Part shown: piece after piece, positions 19,066-29,800 of the stretch
Numbering within the stretch: position 1 is the stretch's first letter
How the letters are laid out: every line of letters begins with the position of its first letter
Source of the DNA: a virus
Lineage: Duplodnaviria; Caudoviricetes
Virus record (IMG/VR): IMGVR_UViG_3300016466_000235
Span: 1-60,367 of that record
Reading direction: 5' to 3' (one strand)
DNA length: 60,367 bases
Notes under the pieces: generated by a model
Databases searched by the model: none
Told to the model about the DNA's origin: nothing
The model's input: the letters and a program-made list of their open reading frames with translations, nothing else
Position numbers and translations under genes: made by a program

Positions 19066-19895
19066 TGGCCTTCACAGGGTTCCGTGCGCCTGCACTCCCA
19101 ATCCCGGGCGGGGTTTATGAACAACGTCAACAGGCTGAACTCATCCGTGCGCTCCGACTCTACTTTAACATCCTTGACTCTCAGACCCCCCAAGAAGCAC
19201 AGTCTTTTACGGCGGGGCAGTTTATCGGGGGAGGTTTTTCAGGAAGCTCTATAAACGGCGGTACGGTCTCAGGGTTTGGAAACGGGCTGGAGATGCCCTA
19301 CGCCATGTTAATGTCAAATCAGGACCAGACCAACTCAGGAACGACCTCTGAGAACCTGATTACTTACAATCAAATTATCACCAGCCAAGGCATATCAGTA
19401 GAAGACAACAGTAAGATCAGGTTCGCATACCCGGGAGAATACCTAGTAACCTTCACCCTTCAGGTTACAAATGAAAACAACCAGATCAAAGAGTTTGAGG
19501 TCTGGGCAAAGAGTAATGGAACCAATTACCCACTCAGTAACACCCGATTCGATGTCCCGGCAAAAAAAGGTGTATCCAGTCTAGGGCATGTAGTCCCCGC
19601 TATCACAGGTATATTTGGCGTTAACGAAGACGATTATCTAGAAATCGCTTGGTGGGGGGAGTCAACAGATGTCTACCTGCAACATTATGCGGCGGGGACA
19701 AGCCCTACCAGACCGGAGATCCCATCGGTTATTCTGACAGTTAACTTTGTCGGGGCCTTGCCAAAGAGATTCTTTGTATCACTGCCTGATAGGTTGTCTA
19801 TTTCCGGCGCTGCGCCTACAATCGGGATTACTGTACCCCCAGCTGCCAGCACCTTATCCATTGTCGGGTCGGCTCCGACTATTACCATCGCATAA
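19065..19895 (+). CDS. tail-associated protein with jelly-roll (C1q/BclA-like) domain
   Basis: Start placed at 19065 (TAATG); G.Y.VTF.LQ...DYLEIAW...PEIPSVILTV. Confidence 0.65.
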   Translation: MAFTGFRAPALPIPGGVYEQRQQAELIRALRLYFNILDSQTPQEAQSFTAGQFIGGGFSGSSINGGTVSGFGNGLEMPYAMLMSNQDQTNSGTTSENLITYNQIITSQGISVEDNSKIRFAYPGEYLVTFTLQVTNENNQIKEFEVWAKSNGTNYPLSNTRFDVPAKKGVSSLGHVVPAITGIFGVNEDDYLEIAWWGESTDVYLQHYAAGTSPTRPEIPSVILTVNFVGALPKRFFVSLPDRLSISGAAPTIGITVPPAASTLSIVGSAPTITIA

Positions 19896-19906
19896 GCGGG
19901 CTACAC

Positions 19907-22900
19907 ATGAACGGACTAATGGGAATTCGACGGTTTCAAGATGGTGGAGGGGTCTCCCCCGGTTTGTCTTATGCGCGCAGCTCAGGCATGGGCGACACGC
20001 AGTACTACCGGAACATCTTTGATCGTGCTTCCACAATGGATGGCCCGACTCTTGCGGCCCAGATGGATCAGTACGGAATATCCCCAGCAGATGTTGCAAG
20101 GGCATACCAAATTTATTCCCCCAGCAGCAGAATGACCTCAGCCGATATTGTCAGTTCGTATATTGGTGGCGGCGGTCAAGGGGCTGCTCTTTTTAACAAT
20201 CTTCAAAACAATCAAATTGATTACGTTGCGAATGCGTCCGAGACTGGACTTCTTGGGGGTACGATCAATCCGGTTTCTGCTGGGCTGGCTTATGCTCGCA
20301 TGCCTGGTGGGATTACCGAAGAAGAGTACTACCGAAACATTTTTGATCGTTCACAAAATTTAACTGGCGCTGAGTTTTCCCGCCAGATGGATCTTTACGA
20401 CATCAGCCCAGAAGACGTTTCCCGTGCATTTCAGATATACGCCCCAAATGAAAGCCTGACTGCAGCTGACGTAAGAGAGTCTTATCTAAGTGGGAAAGGT
20501 GGTACAAGCGGCGGTGGGACTGGTACTGGGACTGGAACTGGGACTGGTACTGGGACTGGTACTGGGACTGGTACTGGGACTGGGACTGGGACTGGGACTG
20601 GAACTGGGACTGGTACTGGGACTGGAACTGGGACTGGAACTGGGACTGGTACTGGATCTGGGACTGGGCAAACCTTCTTTGTTTTTGGTGATCCTAGATA
20701 TACGTGGAAAACCACTGACTCGTTAGACGCAAAACAACAACTCGTTCGGCAGCTGCTTGCTGCTGGGTTTACTGTTCAGCAGATCCGCAATGAGATTAGT
20801 CGCTTGGAGCCAGATCGCAGTGCACTGACTGAATCTAACTTTGAGCTTCTCGGTCTAAAACTTCCGACCCAAACCGGAAACGGGGGCGACACTCTTATCG
20901 GTGGCGGCGCAAACGATGTTGTAACCACGACTGATAAATATCCTTGGTTTGATATTTCTAAATTAGGCACCACCCCAGACTCCAAGGCACGTTACTACAA
21001 TGCTCTTTTATCGGCTGGATATACAGAGGCTGATATTTTAGCGGCTGCTAAAGCAAAGATTCCAGGTGGTATTGGAACAGATGCCCAATGGAAAGAGCTT
21101 ACAGATTTAGCTCTTAAACTACGAACACAGACTAAAATTGACGAAGTAATTGATGACAAAAAAGAGACAATTGACCAATACGCATGGTTTGACCCTACAA
21201 AATTCTCCAGCACAGACGCTACTTCAAAAGCGCGTTATTACAACCTATTAAGATCTGCTGGGTACACAGATGCTCAGATTATGGCTGCGGCAAACGCCAA
21301 GCTGCCTGGAGGGATTGGTAGTCCAGATCAGTTTAGAGAGCTTCAACAGATTGCCTATGACCTTCGTTACCCTACTCCTGTTGGGGGGCTTCAAAATTTA
21401 GCTCAAACGCAAGCTGCGTCTATGGTGCCCGCGTTTATTCTGTCGGGGACTGCTGAACAAAAAGCGGACTACTATAATTTTCTCCGTGGTCAAGGATTTA
21501 CTGATGCTCAGATTCGAGCCGGTGCTGGCACTCAAACCGATGAAAACTGGACGTATCTTACAAACCTAGCGGCGCAAAGGGTTGGGAAGACCGCAACAGA
21601 CACAAGAACTGACTTTTCTAAATTGCCTCCCGAATTGCGGATGGCTGGGCAATATGCGCCTTTGCTGGCTGAGCAAACAAAACGACCCACCTTGGACCAG
21701 GTAATTCAGAGGCTGGATGTAGGCACTCAAAAGTTTGGGCCAGCAGAGGGGACGTTTGAGGGTTTGTATGAGATGCCCGCTCAGGCTGCTGCTCCAACTG
21801 CTGAAGAAGCGTTTAGGAATTACATCTATGCCGGTGGTGCCAATGACACTCTTGCAACCACCCGTGGCCTTCAGTATGCACGCAATTTAGGTCTGACTCC
21901 TGAGCAGACAACTAACTTATTTAACCGCTCTCTTGGCACATCGTTTGGATTAGCTGACTACGACAGAGTCATGGCAGAAAATGCGGGTCTTTTCCCAGCT
22001 ATGCCACAAAGGCCAACAACTCAAGTCTTGCCAAGCCCCGTTATGCAGCAGGCACCAATCACAGGTGGCCTTGCTTTTGCTCAACAACAAAGCGGTATTG
22101 GCAAAGATAAATACTACGAAAACATCGCCGGTGCCTTAAGAGCTGGAATAGACCCCAATCGCATATTAACTGAGATGGGAACTTACGGTATTACGACTGA
22201 CGATTTAATTGCGGCTGTTGCTAAATATCCTAAAGACACTGTTCAAGAACTTGGTGCGGTTGGATTTAAACCAGCAATCACTGGAGGGGCTGGGAATGAT
22301 ACTGTTGATACATCAAATGATCAAGGTGGCAAAGCAGGTGGATTAGTTCTTTACGCAGGTGGTCCGGTTATGGGATCTCCTCAGTACTTTGCTGAAGGTG
22401 GTCAGCCTAAAACAGAATATATAAGCCTGCCAGACGTAGAGTATGGGGAAAATAAAAAGTACACACCCGCTGAGCTTGGGTCTACGTTTAATATTGCCGA
22501 CTACATTGATCCTGAGACTGGTCGGTTCATGATTAATGAATTTCGTCGTGATGTTATCTTCAATAAAAATTTAGAAGAGGCAGAAAAAGAAGCTCGTGCT
22601 CGTATGACTCCAGAAATAGAGAGAATGGCAATGCGTGACCTGATGATCCGACAAGGTCGCACGGGAAAAGAATATGAACTACCTGAAATTACTGTTGGAG
22701 GTCCAGCTACAGGTAACATTCGTCCCCTGAATTATTACTACGCTAAGGGTGGTCTTGCTGACATTGCCATGAAAGGCTATGCAGAAGAACTGCGTCAACA
22801 AGGACGCAACGGTGATACGATATTAGCTCACATAAACCCTCAAGAAGCCGCAATGCTTGAGGCCATGGGCGGATCTGGCACGATCAATCCAAGAACTGGA

Positions 22901-23923
22901 CTGCCTGAGTACTGGTTTAGCTGGAAGAAGTTGTTTAAGGCTGCAAGCTTTATTCTTCCGTTTATTCCTGGTATCGGCCTGCCTGCAAGAATTGCTCTTT
23001 CTGGCGCATTGGCTGGTGCTTCTACTCCCGGCAAAGCGTTTGACTTTAAGCGAGGCATTCAAGCCGCTATTATGACCTATGCTGGAGGAAAACTTGGAGA
23101 AAAAATTGGCACAGAGTTTGGGGGGTCAGTTCCTGCTAGCGGAACACCTTCAGTAGACCAAAATATTTTAGGCAGTGTCGGTTCTGAGTCTGCTGGGCAG
23201 GCTGCAACAAAAATTGGTGAAGCTGGGGCTGTAGCATCGAACGCAGCTACTGCGGCTGCAGATCGATTTGCAAATGCTTACGATGCAATACCTGCGTATG
23301 AAGCGGGAATAAGTAGTCCGGGCCAAGTGCTTTCTAATATTGGGTCGAATGTAAAAGCCACGGTTGGTAACTTAACTGCTTCAATTCCAAGTACTGTTAC
23401 TGAAAATATTGATATCAACCCCACAAGCGTTGGTCAGGCTTATGGGGCGTACACATCTGGAGTTGCAGCAGACGAAGCTATAAAAGCTAGACAAGAAGCA
23501 GATGCCATATTATTTGCGCAAGAAGAAAAGAAAAAACGAGCACGAGATGTATTCCGTAGTTCAATGGGATCAATATATGGCGCTGATGGTGGGTTAGTTG
23601 CATTTGCTGACGGAGGTGAGATTGATCCTGTAGCCTTTGTAGGTGGGGGTATGACTGCCCCAATGAATCAGCCTCGCATGTTATCTGGTGGTGGGGATGG
23701 CATGAGCGACAGTATCCCGGCTACAATAGATGGAACGCAGCCTGCTCGTTTGGCGGACGGAGAATTTGTGGTGCCAGCCGATGTAGTAGCAGATATTGGG
23801 AATGGTTCTAGCAGTGCAGGTGCTAAGCGCCTTTACAGCATGATGGATCGTGTGAGAACCGCACGACATGGGACCACCAAACAACCGCCTGAAATTAAAA
23901 TGAATCGGCTGATGCCAGCCTAA
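19907..23923 (+). CDS. large internal virion/ejection protein with internal repeats
   Basis: GRNGDTILAHINP.EA..L..MGGSGTINP.TGLPEY and GDGMSDSIPA...LADGEFV domains; many xxGG motifs. Confidence 0.8.
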   Translation: MNGLMGIRRFQDGGGVSPGLSYARSSGMGDTQYYRNIFDRASTMDGPTLAAQMDQYGISPADVARAYQIYSPSSRMTSADIVSSYIGGGGQGAALFNNLQNNQIDYVANASETGLLGGTINPVSAGLAYARMPGGITEEEYYRNIFDRSQNLTGAEFSRQMDLYDISPEDVSRAFQIYAPNESLTAADVRESYLSGKGGTSGGGTGTGTGTGTGTGTGTGTGTGTGTGTGTGTGTGTGTGTGTGTGTGTGSGTGQTFFVFGDPRYTWKTTDSLDAKQQLVRQLLAAGFTVQQIRNEISRLEPDRSALTESNFELLGLKLPTQTGNGGDTLIGGGANDVVTTTDKYPWFDISKLGTTPDSKARYYNALLSAGYTEADILAAAKAKIPGGIGTDAQWKELTDLALKLRTQTKIDEVIDDKKETIDQYAWFDPTKFSSTDATSKARYYNLLRSAGYTDAQIMAAANAKLPGGIGSPDQFRELQQIAYDLRYPTPVGGLQNLAQTQAASMVPAFILSGTAEQKADYYNFLRGQGFTDAQIRAGAGTQTDENWTYLTNLAAQRVGKTATDTRTDFSKLPPELRMAGQYAPLLAEQTKRPTLDQVIQRLDVGTQKFGPAEGTFEGLYEMPAQAAAPTAEEAFRNYIYAGGANDTLATTRGLQYARNLGLTPEQTTNLFNRSLGTSFGLADYDRVMAENAGLFPAMPQRPTTQVLPSPVMQQAPITGGLAFAQQQSGIGKDKYYENIAGALRAGIDPNRILTEMGTYGITTDDLIAAVAKYPKDTVQELGAVGFKPAITGGAGNDTVDTSNDQGGKAGGLVLYAGGPVMGSPQYFAEGGQPKTEYISLPDVEYGENKKYTPAELGSTFNIADYIDPETGRFMINEFRRDVIFNKNLEEAEKEARARMTPEIERMAMRDLMIRQGRTGKEYELPEITVGGPATGNIRPLNYYYAKGGLADIAMKGYAEELRQQGRNGDTILAHINPQEAAMLEAMGGSGTINPRTGLPEYWFSWKKLFKAASFILPFIPGIGLPARIALSGALAGASTPGKAFDFKRGIQAAIMTYAGGKLGEKIGTEFGGSVPASGTPSVDQNILGSVGSESAGQAATKIGEAGAVASNAATAAADRFANAYDAIPAYEAGISSPGQVLSNIGSNVKATVGNLTASIPSTVTENIDINPTSVGQAYGAYTSGVAADEAIKARQEADAILFAQEEKKKRARDVFRSSMGSIYGADGGLVAFADGGEIDPVAFVGGGMTAPMNQPRMLSGGGDGMSDSIPATIDGTQPARLADGEFVVPADVVADIGNGSSSAGAKRLYSMMDRVRTARHGTTKQPPEIKMNRLMPA
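20516..20665 (+). repeat. in-frame hexamer microsatellite (GGNACT)x25 encoding poly-Gly-Thr
   Basis: 150 bp; 24 GT units and one GS unit. Confidence 0.95.
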
Positions 23924-23932
23924 GGAACAGAC

Positions 23933-25372
23933 ATGGTCCAACAAGTTCAATCTTTAGAGTCGTCAATACCAGAGGTATTAGAACCGTTTTATATCGGTGA
24001 GGGCAAACCCGATACTCCTGGATATGTGCCAGGTTTAATTGCTCGTGGTATTGGCGCAATTTTTCCTGGTGGTCTAACAGGTCAAGCCGCATATGCTGCG
24101 CAGTATGCTCCGGTGTATCAAGCCGGTCTTATGGGCGCCGGTTCGGTTGCCGGGATGTCGCCGTTTCAACAACAAATTGGAACTCAGTTAGCAGGGATGC
24201 AGGTTCCGGGTCAGTTTGGCCTTGGCACCGAAGCGGCTCAGCAGGCGGCGGCAGGGATGCAATCTCTGCAAAATCTCCAAGCCATGGGGGTTGCCGCTCC
24301 TGAATTAACGACTTACCAGATGGGGGCGCCTACAACCGTTAAAGATACTAGCCCAGTAACTGCGGGAAAAATTTCAGCAGCAGAAACAAAATATGCCCCA
24401 AACCTTGCTCAGTATAAAATTGAAAGTCCTGATGTTTTTACGTCAGAAGTTGCTAAGCAGTACATGTCGCCGTATTTTCAAACGGTGGTTGATGCCCAGC
24501 AGCGTGCGGCAATTGATGCGGCAAAGAAAGCGCAGTTAGGACAAAACCTTGCAGCTGCTCGGCAGGGGACTTATGGTGGAGCACGTCAGACTCTTTTACA
24601 GGGCGAGCGTGAATCTGGTCTTAGGACTCAACTCGGTGATATTCAAGCAAGGGGGTTGCAAGATGCTTATGCACAAGCTCAAGCACAATTTGAAAGAGAC
24701 CGCGCAGTACAACAAGCAGTTCTTAGTCAAAATTTACAAGCGGCGCTTCAAACACAACAGCTTGGAACTCAGACCGGACTTCAAACAGCGCTTGCTAATT
24801 TAAACGCTGATCAACAAGCGCGTGTACAAAATGAAGCTATGAAGCTTCAAGCAGCAGGCATGAATCAGGAGGCTGCACTTCGTGCGGCTTTAGCCAACCA
24901 ACAAGCGGGGTTAACAAGTGCTCAAACAAATTTACAAGCAGCTCTCGGGGTTCAGCAGTTGGGTGCGGGACAAAGTCTTGAGGCTCAAAGAGCAAATCAG
25001 CAAGCTGCTCTCCAAGCTGCGCAACAAAGACAAGCAGCCGCCACAGGACTCACAGGGCTAGCGTCCACATTCGGCGGGCTCGGGACTCAACAACTTGCTG
25101 GACAACTTGACATCCTTAAAACTCAAGGCGCGTTTGGTGATCTTCAGCGGGCGATTCAACAGCAGCAGCTTGACGCACAGCGTTCGGCACTTATGCAGCA
25201 GGCCGAGTACGGACAGACTCAAGTGGGTCAACTCTCTAATCTGCTGCGTGGTATTCCGACCACAAGCACAACTCAGACAACAACCACACCGCCCCCGTCA
25301 TTCGCATCTCAATTGACTGGACTTGGCCTGACGGGTCTGAGCCTGTATAACATGTTGGGTGGAGGCAAGTAA
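23933..25372 (+). CDS. Gln/Ala-rich DNA ejection/pilot protein
   Basis: YMSPY...GTYGGARQ...AY.QAQ.QF; ANQQA repeats; hydrophobic C-terminus. Confidence 0.75.
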   Translation: MVQQVQSLESSIPEVLEPFYIGEGKPDTPGYVPGLIARGIGAIFPGGLTGQAAYAAQYAPVYQAGLMGAGSVAGMSPFQQQIGTQLAGMQVPGQFGLGTEAAQQAAAGMQSLQNLQAMGVAAPELTTYQMGAPTTVKDTSPVTAGKISAAETKYAPNLAQYKIESPDVFTSEVAKQYMSPYFQTVVDAQQRAAIDAAKKAQLGQNLAAARQGTYGGARQTLLQGERESGLRTQLGDIQARGLQDAYAQAQAQFERDRAVQQAVLSQNLQAALQTQQLGTQTGLQTALANLNADQQARVQNEAMKLQAAGMNQEAALRAALANQQAGLTSAQTNLQAALGVQQLGAGQSLEAQRANQQAALQAAQQRQAAATGLTGLASTFGGLGTQQLAGQLDILKTQGAFGDLQRAIQQQQLDAQRSALMQQAEYGQTQVGQLSNLLRGIPTTSTTQTTTTPPPSFASQLTGLGLTGLSLYNMLGGGK

Positions 25373-26874
25373 TGAGCATTGGTGATCTTTACGAGAAAAG
25401 TGTTCTTGAAAAAACCGAAAACCCATCGGTCGCTGCAATTATGGCTGCATATCCAACCATGGATAAGTTAGATGCGGCTATTCAGATGAAAAAAGTACCT
25501 CAAACTACTGAAGTAGGAATTGTTGCTGAAATCTACGGCCGCATCATCGCTGATGCAATGGCAAAACAAGCGCAGGCTAATACCAGCACCGTATTAGAGG
25601 ATCGGTTAGCTATGGGTGCGCCACCTAAAGCTGCTGGTCTCCCAGCAGTGCCTGTTAGAGAAGAAATGTTTCAAGAGACCATGACTGGAGCGACGGGCGG
25701 TCTAGTGGCTATGGCGAATGGGGGAACTCCTCCAACGTTTACAAATGCTTTATACGGTGCAGATCCTAATATTCCTGTTCGTCCGTATCAGTTTCAACAG
25801 GCTGACATGGAGCCTCGTAGACCTTTTGGGACAGGCAAGCCACTTACAATACAAGAAAAAATTGCTAGATATAAATTTCTTTTAGAAGCCGCACCCCAAG
25901 TAGCAGCAGAAGAATTAAATAAAGACCCTGAGTTAAAAGCGGCTCTTTCACCTAAACCTGCTGCTCCTGCTGCCCCCACACCCGCGCCTGCTGTTAAACC
26001 TCCTGCTGGATTGCCTGCCGCAGCTGCCGCTGCTAAACCTACTGCACCTGCAGCGGGGGTTGCAGGTCTTGATGAGTATAAAAAAGCGGAAGAAGAGCGT
26101 ATAAAAGCAATGGAAAAAGCTGTAGGTAAACAAACTACTACTCCTGAGGAAGTTGCGCGGCAACAAGAAATTTATAAGGCAATGGGCGTTGACCCTGACT
26201 TCTTTCAAAAACGAGCTAGAGAATTAGTTCAACAAACTGAAGCATTAAAAGGTGACCGCAAAGAAGCTGCCAATATGCGTTTGCTTGAGGCTGGTCTCAG
26301 CATCCTTGGTGGGACGTCGCCGTACGCATTTGAGAACATCGGTAAGGGCGCAAGCAAAGCGCTGGCTGGGTTTGCTGATGACATCAAGGACATCAAAAAA
26401 CAGACTCGTGAGCTAGATAAAGCACGCCAAGAAGTTCTTGCTGCAGAGCAAGCAGCTGCTAGATCTGATTCCGCTACTATTTCAGCTAGGCTAGATCGTA
26501 GTAAAGAAAAAGTTGAGGCTAAAGAAGAAGCTGTAAGAAACGCAAAATCTGACCTTCAAAAGAATTTGTACAGTATGGATCTTGAGGGTAGAAAAACTGC
26601 TGCTACTGAACTGTCAGCTAAAGCACAAATGACGTCTGCCCAAAGACCAAGAGAGTCTGAAAGAAAGCCAACATCTTTTAAAGATATTATTGAAATTGCA
26701 AAGAGTCTTACACCTTCAGGGAAAGTTTGGGAAAGTATGACTGATCAAGAAAGACAAAACTTAATTGATCAAGCCCAAATTTACAATGCATTTAATGCGA
26801 GCGGAATGAGTTTAAGTTCTGTTCTTTCTCCTTCGTTCCAAGAAGCATTAAGACGAAATCTATCAGGAAAATAA
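25372..26874 (+). CDS. internal virion/ejection protein
   Basis: GATGGLVAMANGG; LLEAGLSILGGTSPYAFENIG; coiled-coils. Confidence 0.7.
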   Translation: MSIGDLYEKSVLEKTENPSVAAIMAAYPTMDKLDAAIQMKKVPQTTEVGIVAEIYGRIIADAMAKQAQANTSTVLEDRLAMGAPPKAAGLPAVPVREEMFQETMTGATGGLVAMANGGTPPTFTNALYGADPNIPVRPYQFQQADMEPRRPFGTGKPLTIQEKIARYKFLLEAAPQVAAEELNKDPELKAALSPKPAAPAAPTPAPAVKPPAGLPAAAAAAKPTAPAAGVAGLDEYKKAEEERIKAMEKAVGKQTTTPEEVARQQEIYKAMGVDPDFFQKRARELVQQTEALKGDRKEAANMRLLEAGLSILGGTSPYAFENIGKGASKALAGFADDIKDIKKQTRELDKARQEVLAAEQAAARSDSATISARLDRSKEKVEAKEEAVRNAKSDLQKNLYSMDLEGRKTAATELSAKAQMTSAQRPRESERKPTSFKDIIEIAKSLTPSGKVWESMTDQERQNLIDQAQIYNAFNASGMSLSSVLSPSFQEALRRNLSGK

Positions 26875-26877
26875 ATT

Positions 26878-29800
26878 ATGAGCCCACAAGACCTCCTCAC
26901 CGCCTACGAAAATGCTAAAAAAAGGGGTGACAAAGAGGCAGTAAAACTTTTTGAGCCGGTACTTAAAGAGTACTTGCGTATCGGCGATGTTTTTGCTACT
27001 GCCCCAGCTCCTGAAGCGCCAAAGTCTTCATCTGTTTTGGACATACCACTTGGGGTGGCTAAGGGGGCAGTAACTGGCATCCGGTTCTTAGCTGATACTT
27101 TTGGCGCGGACAATCCCATATCAAAAACCTTGATTGGGGCAGAAGACTACCTAGCTAGCCTTTATTCCGCAGGCGCTAAACAAGATCAACAAGAAATCGC
27201 ACGCATCTTAAAAGATGCAGAAGACAAAGGTGTTCTTGATCAAGTTATTGCAGGACTTAAAGCATTTACTGTAGCTCCTGTTGATCTTCTTTCTCAGGCT
27301 TTGGGCACTGCCGCACCGACTGTAGTTGGTGGGTTGTTAGGCACTGCGGCAAAACTAGGCGTTACAGGTATAAGAGCAATCCAAGCTGGTACTGGCGCAG
27401 CAATGGGCGCTGGTATGACCAAGAGCAACATCTACACTGCCGTAAAAGAAGAGCTTGAAAAAGCTGGGGTAGATCCTGCGGTTGCAGAAAAACAGGCGGT
27501 TCTTGCTCAAGAATACGGCGGTCAGAACTTAGATCAAATCATGCTTGGCGCAGGTTTAGGCGCGGCGGCATCTGTTGGCCCTCTAGAAAAAGTCCTTACT
27601 CGGATCGGTGCACGGCAAGGTGCGACTAAACTTGAAGAGGGCGTTGCCGCACGGGGATTAGGTCGGCGCATAGTAGAAGGTGGTGCTAAAGAAGCATTAC
27701 CAGAAGCGGCGCAAGCAGGTCAAGAACAGCTTGCTCAAAACATCGCGCTGCAGAGAGAAGGCTTTGATGTGCCGACTTTCCGTGGTGTTGCAGGCCAAGC
27801 TACGTTGGAAGGACTTGCTGGCTTGGGTCTGGGTACTGTGTCGGGTGCACTGGACACAGAAAAAGAAGCTCCTCCCCCTCGGCCTCCTCAACCTCCGATT
27901 CCGACCGAAGCTCAGGAAGCAATGTTCACTGAGGAAGAAGCTCCTCTACAAGAGGCTGCGGACATAAGAACTCAGAGAGCTCAAGAGGAAAAAACAAAAG
28001 CTGAAGATATTGAGAATTTGCGCGTCATGCGGGATCAGTACGACGTCCTGCAACGACAAGCTGAAAGCCTTCAAGCAAAGTACGAGGCCGCGCAGACTGC
28101 TGAAGAAAGACAACAGTTAATTGAGGAAGGTCAAGGACTTGTTAACTATCTTGGTGAGCCAATTAAGTTAGGGGCGCGCGAGATAAGGCCGACCATATCG
28201 GGTCTTGCTGATCAAATAACAGAGCTAGACAAAAAACTTCAGCTAAACACTCTTAAAGAAAAGTCTTTTAACTTAAAAAATCAGTTAGATGCCCTTAATG
28301 CGGACATGCAAAAGGCAACGACTGTTGAAGATAAAAATCTTCTTGACGAACGTATTAAACGGACAAGTTTTGACTTAAACCAGACTAACGAGCGGATCGA
28401 CAAGTTTGACCAGCTTTACAAGTCGTCTAGAGCCCAAGCTCCCGCAGGACAGACGTCATTTGCGTTTGAAGAAGAACCTGCCAAACCGTTTGCTGAACCT
28501 GTAGAGGTACCTAGTGCAGCTGTTGAGCCGACTTTGGAAACGGACGAAGGCGGCAGAGAAATACCTACAGGACCTGTTCGTAAATATGCCGTGCAAGAAG
28601 ACGGAACATACGCACCTGCCGAAGAAGGGGGTCCAGCAAATACTTTATTTATTGATCAAGCAACAGGTCAAATCCAGATGCTCACTCCTGAAGGAGAGCG
28701 GGTCAAACTTACATCTCAGCAACAAAAAACAGCGCGTGACTCAGTGAGTGAACTTTATGAGCAGGTGCGTGGACAAGAAGAAAAACTACCTGCGTTTAAA
28801 AGTCTTTCTAAACAGCTCCGTCAAGTATTCTTAAAAGCATTAGCAGTAGGGTTTAGGCCCGAAAGCGCGGTATCGCAGGTTGCCATGTATCGGTCTAATC
28901 CTGAGGCGTATCTTGAAAACTTCGGGCCAATCGACCAGATCACTCCTCCTACTAGCCGAATTGAAAAACGGACCACAAAACGCTTAGTCGCTGAAGAAAT
29001 TGGCCTTAAGCAAACCGAAGCTGAAACAGGAATTAGGCGTCAGCTTTTAAGTGCACTTGATCGTGTAGGTGTTGTCCCCACACCAAAAATTGAAGCCGAT
29101 CAAATTGTTGGTATAGAACAGCCAAAAAACATTAAAATAAATCAAGTTCTTTTTAGAGATACTTCTGTTCTTCCTGCTAATAGATCGGCTCAATATGACC
29201 CCGATGCCAAACGTGTTGACGTAAGACTTGATGATCGTGGGCAGATTAATTTAGAGTCTGAAGAGCTAGCGCACGAACTTACGCACGCAGGTACTGTCGA
29301 GGTATTAAACACGTACGAAAACAATCCGGAGCTGCTGACTAACGAACAAAGAGAAGCTGCTGAAAACATCTTTAATCTGTTAGAAGAAGCTCGTCGGCTC
29401 ATTAAAAATGAGCAGTTCCAACCTGCGCTGGAAAACGTCTACGAGTTCGTGGCATATGCGCTAAACAACCAGCCCTTTCAAGCTCGTTTGGCCCGGACAA
29501 AAGTTAAACCTGAACTTGCTAAGTACACAAAAGATAGATCTTTGTGGAGCGCGTTGTCGTATGCAATTCAGCGGTTGTTAGGGATCACTGACCCTGAAGG
29601 TAACGTTCTTCTAGAAGTTTCTGAATCTTTTAAAAGAATTCTTAAAGCACCTATCGGCGGCGTAAAGATGGCGCCTCTACCAATGCAAGCAGCGGCACAG
29701 CCTGCGGCACAGCCTGCTGGGCCTAAAAAAGCTCAGATGAAGAGCGAAACCGCTGATGAGGTGCGGGAACGTCTTAAGCAGACTTTAGTTAATAAAAGAC

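Noticed and set aside
20482-20726. Poly-PV, poly-SP and poly-LG ORFs
   Set aside because: Alternative-frame shadows of the GGNACT repeat.
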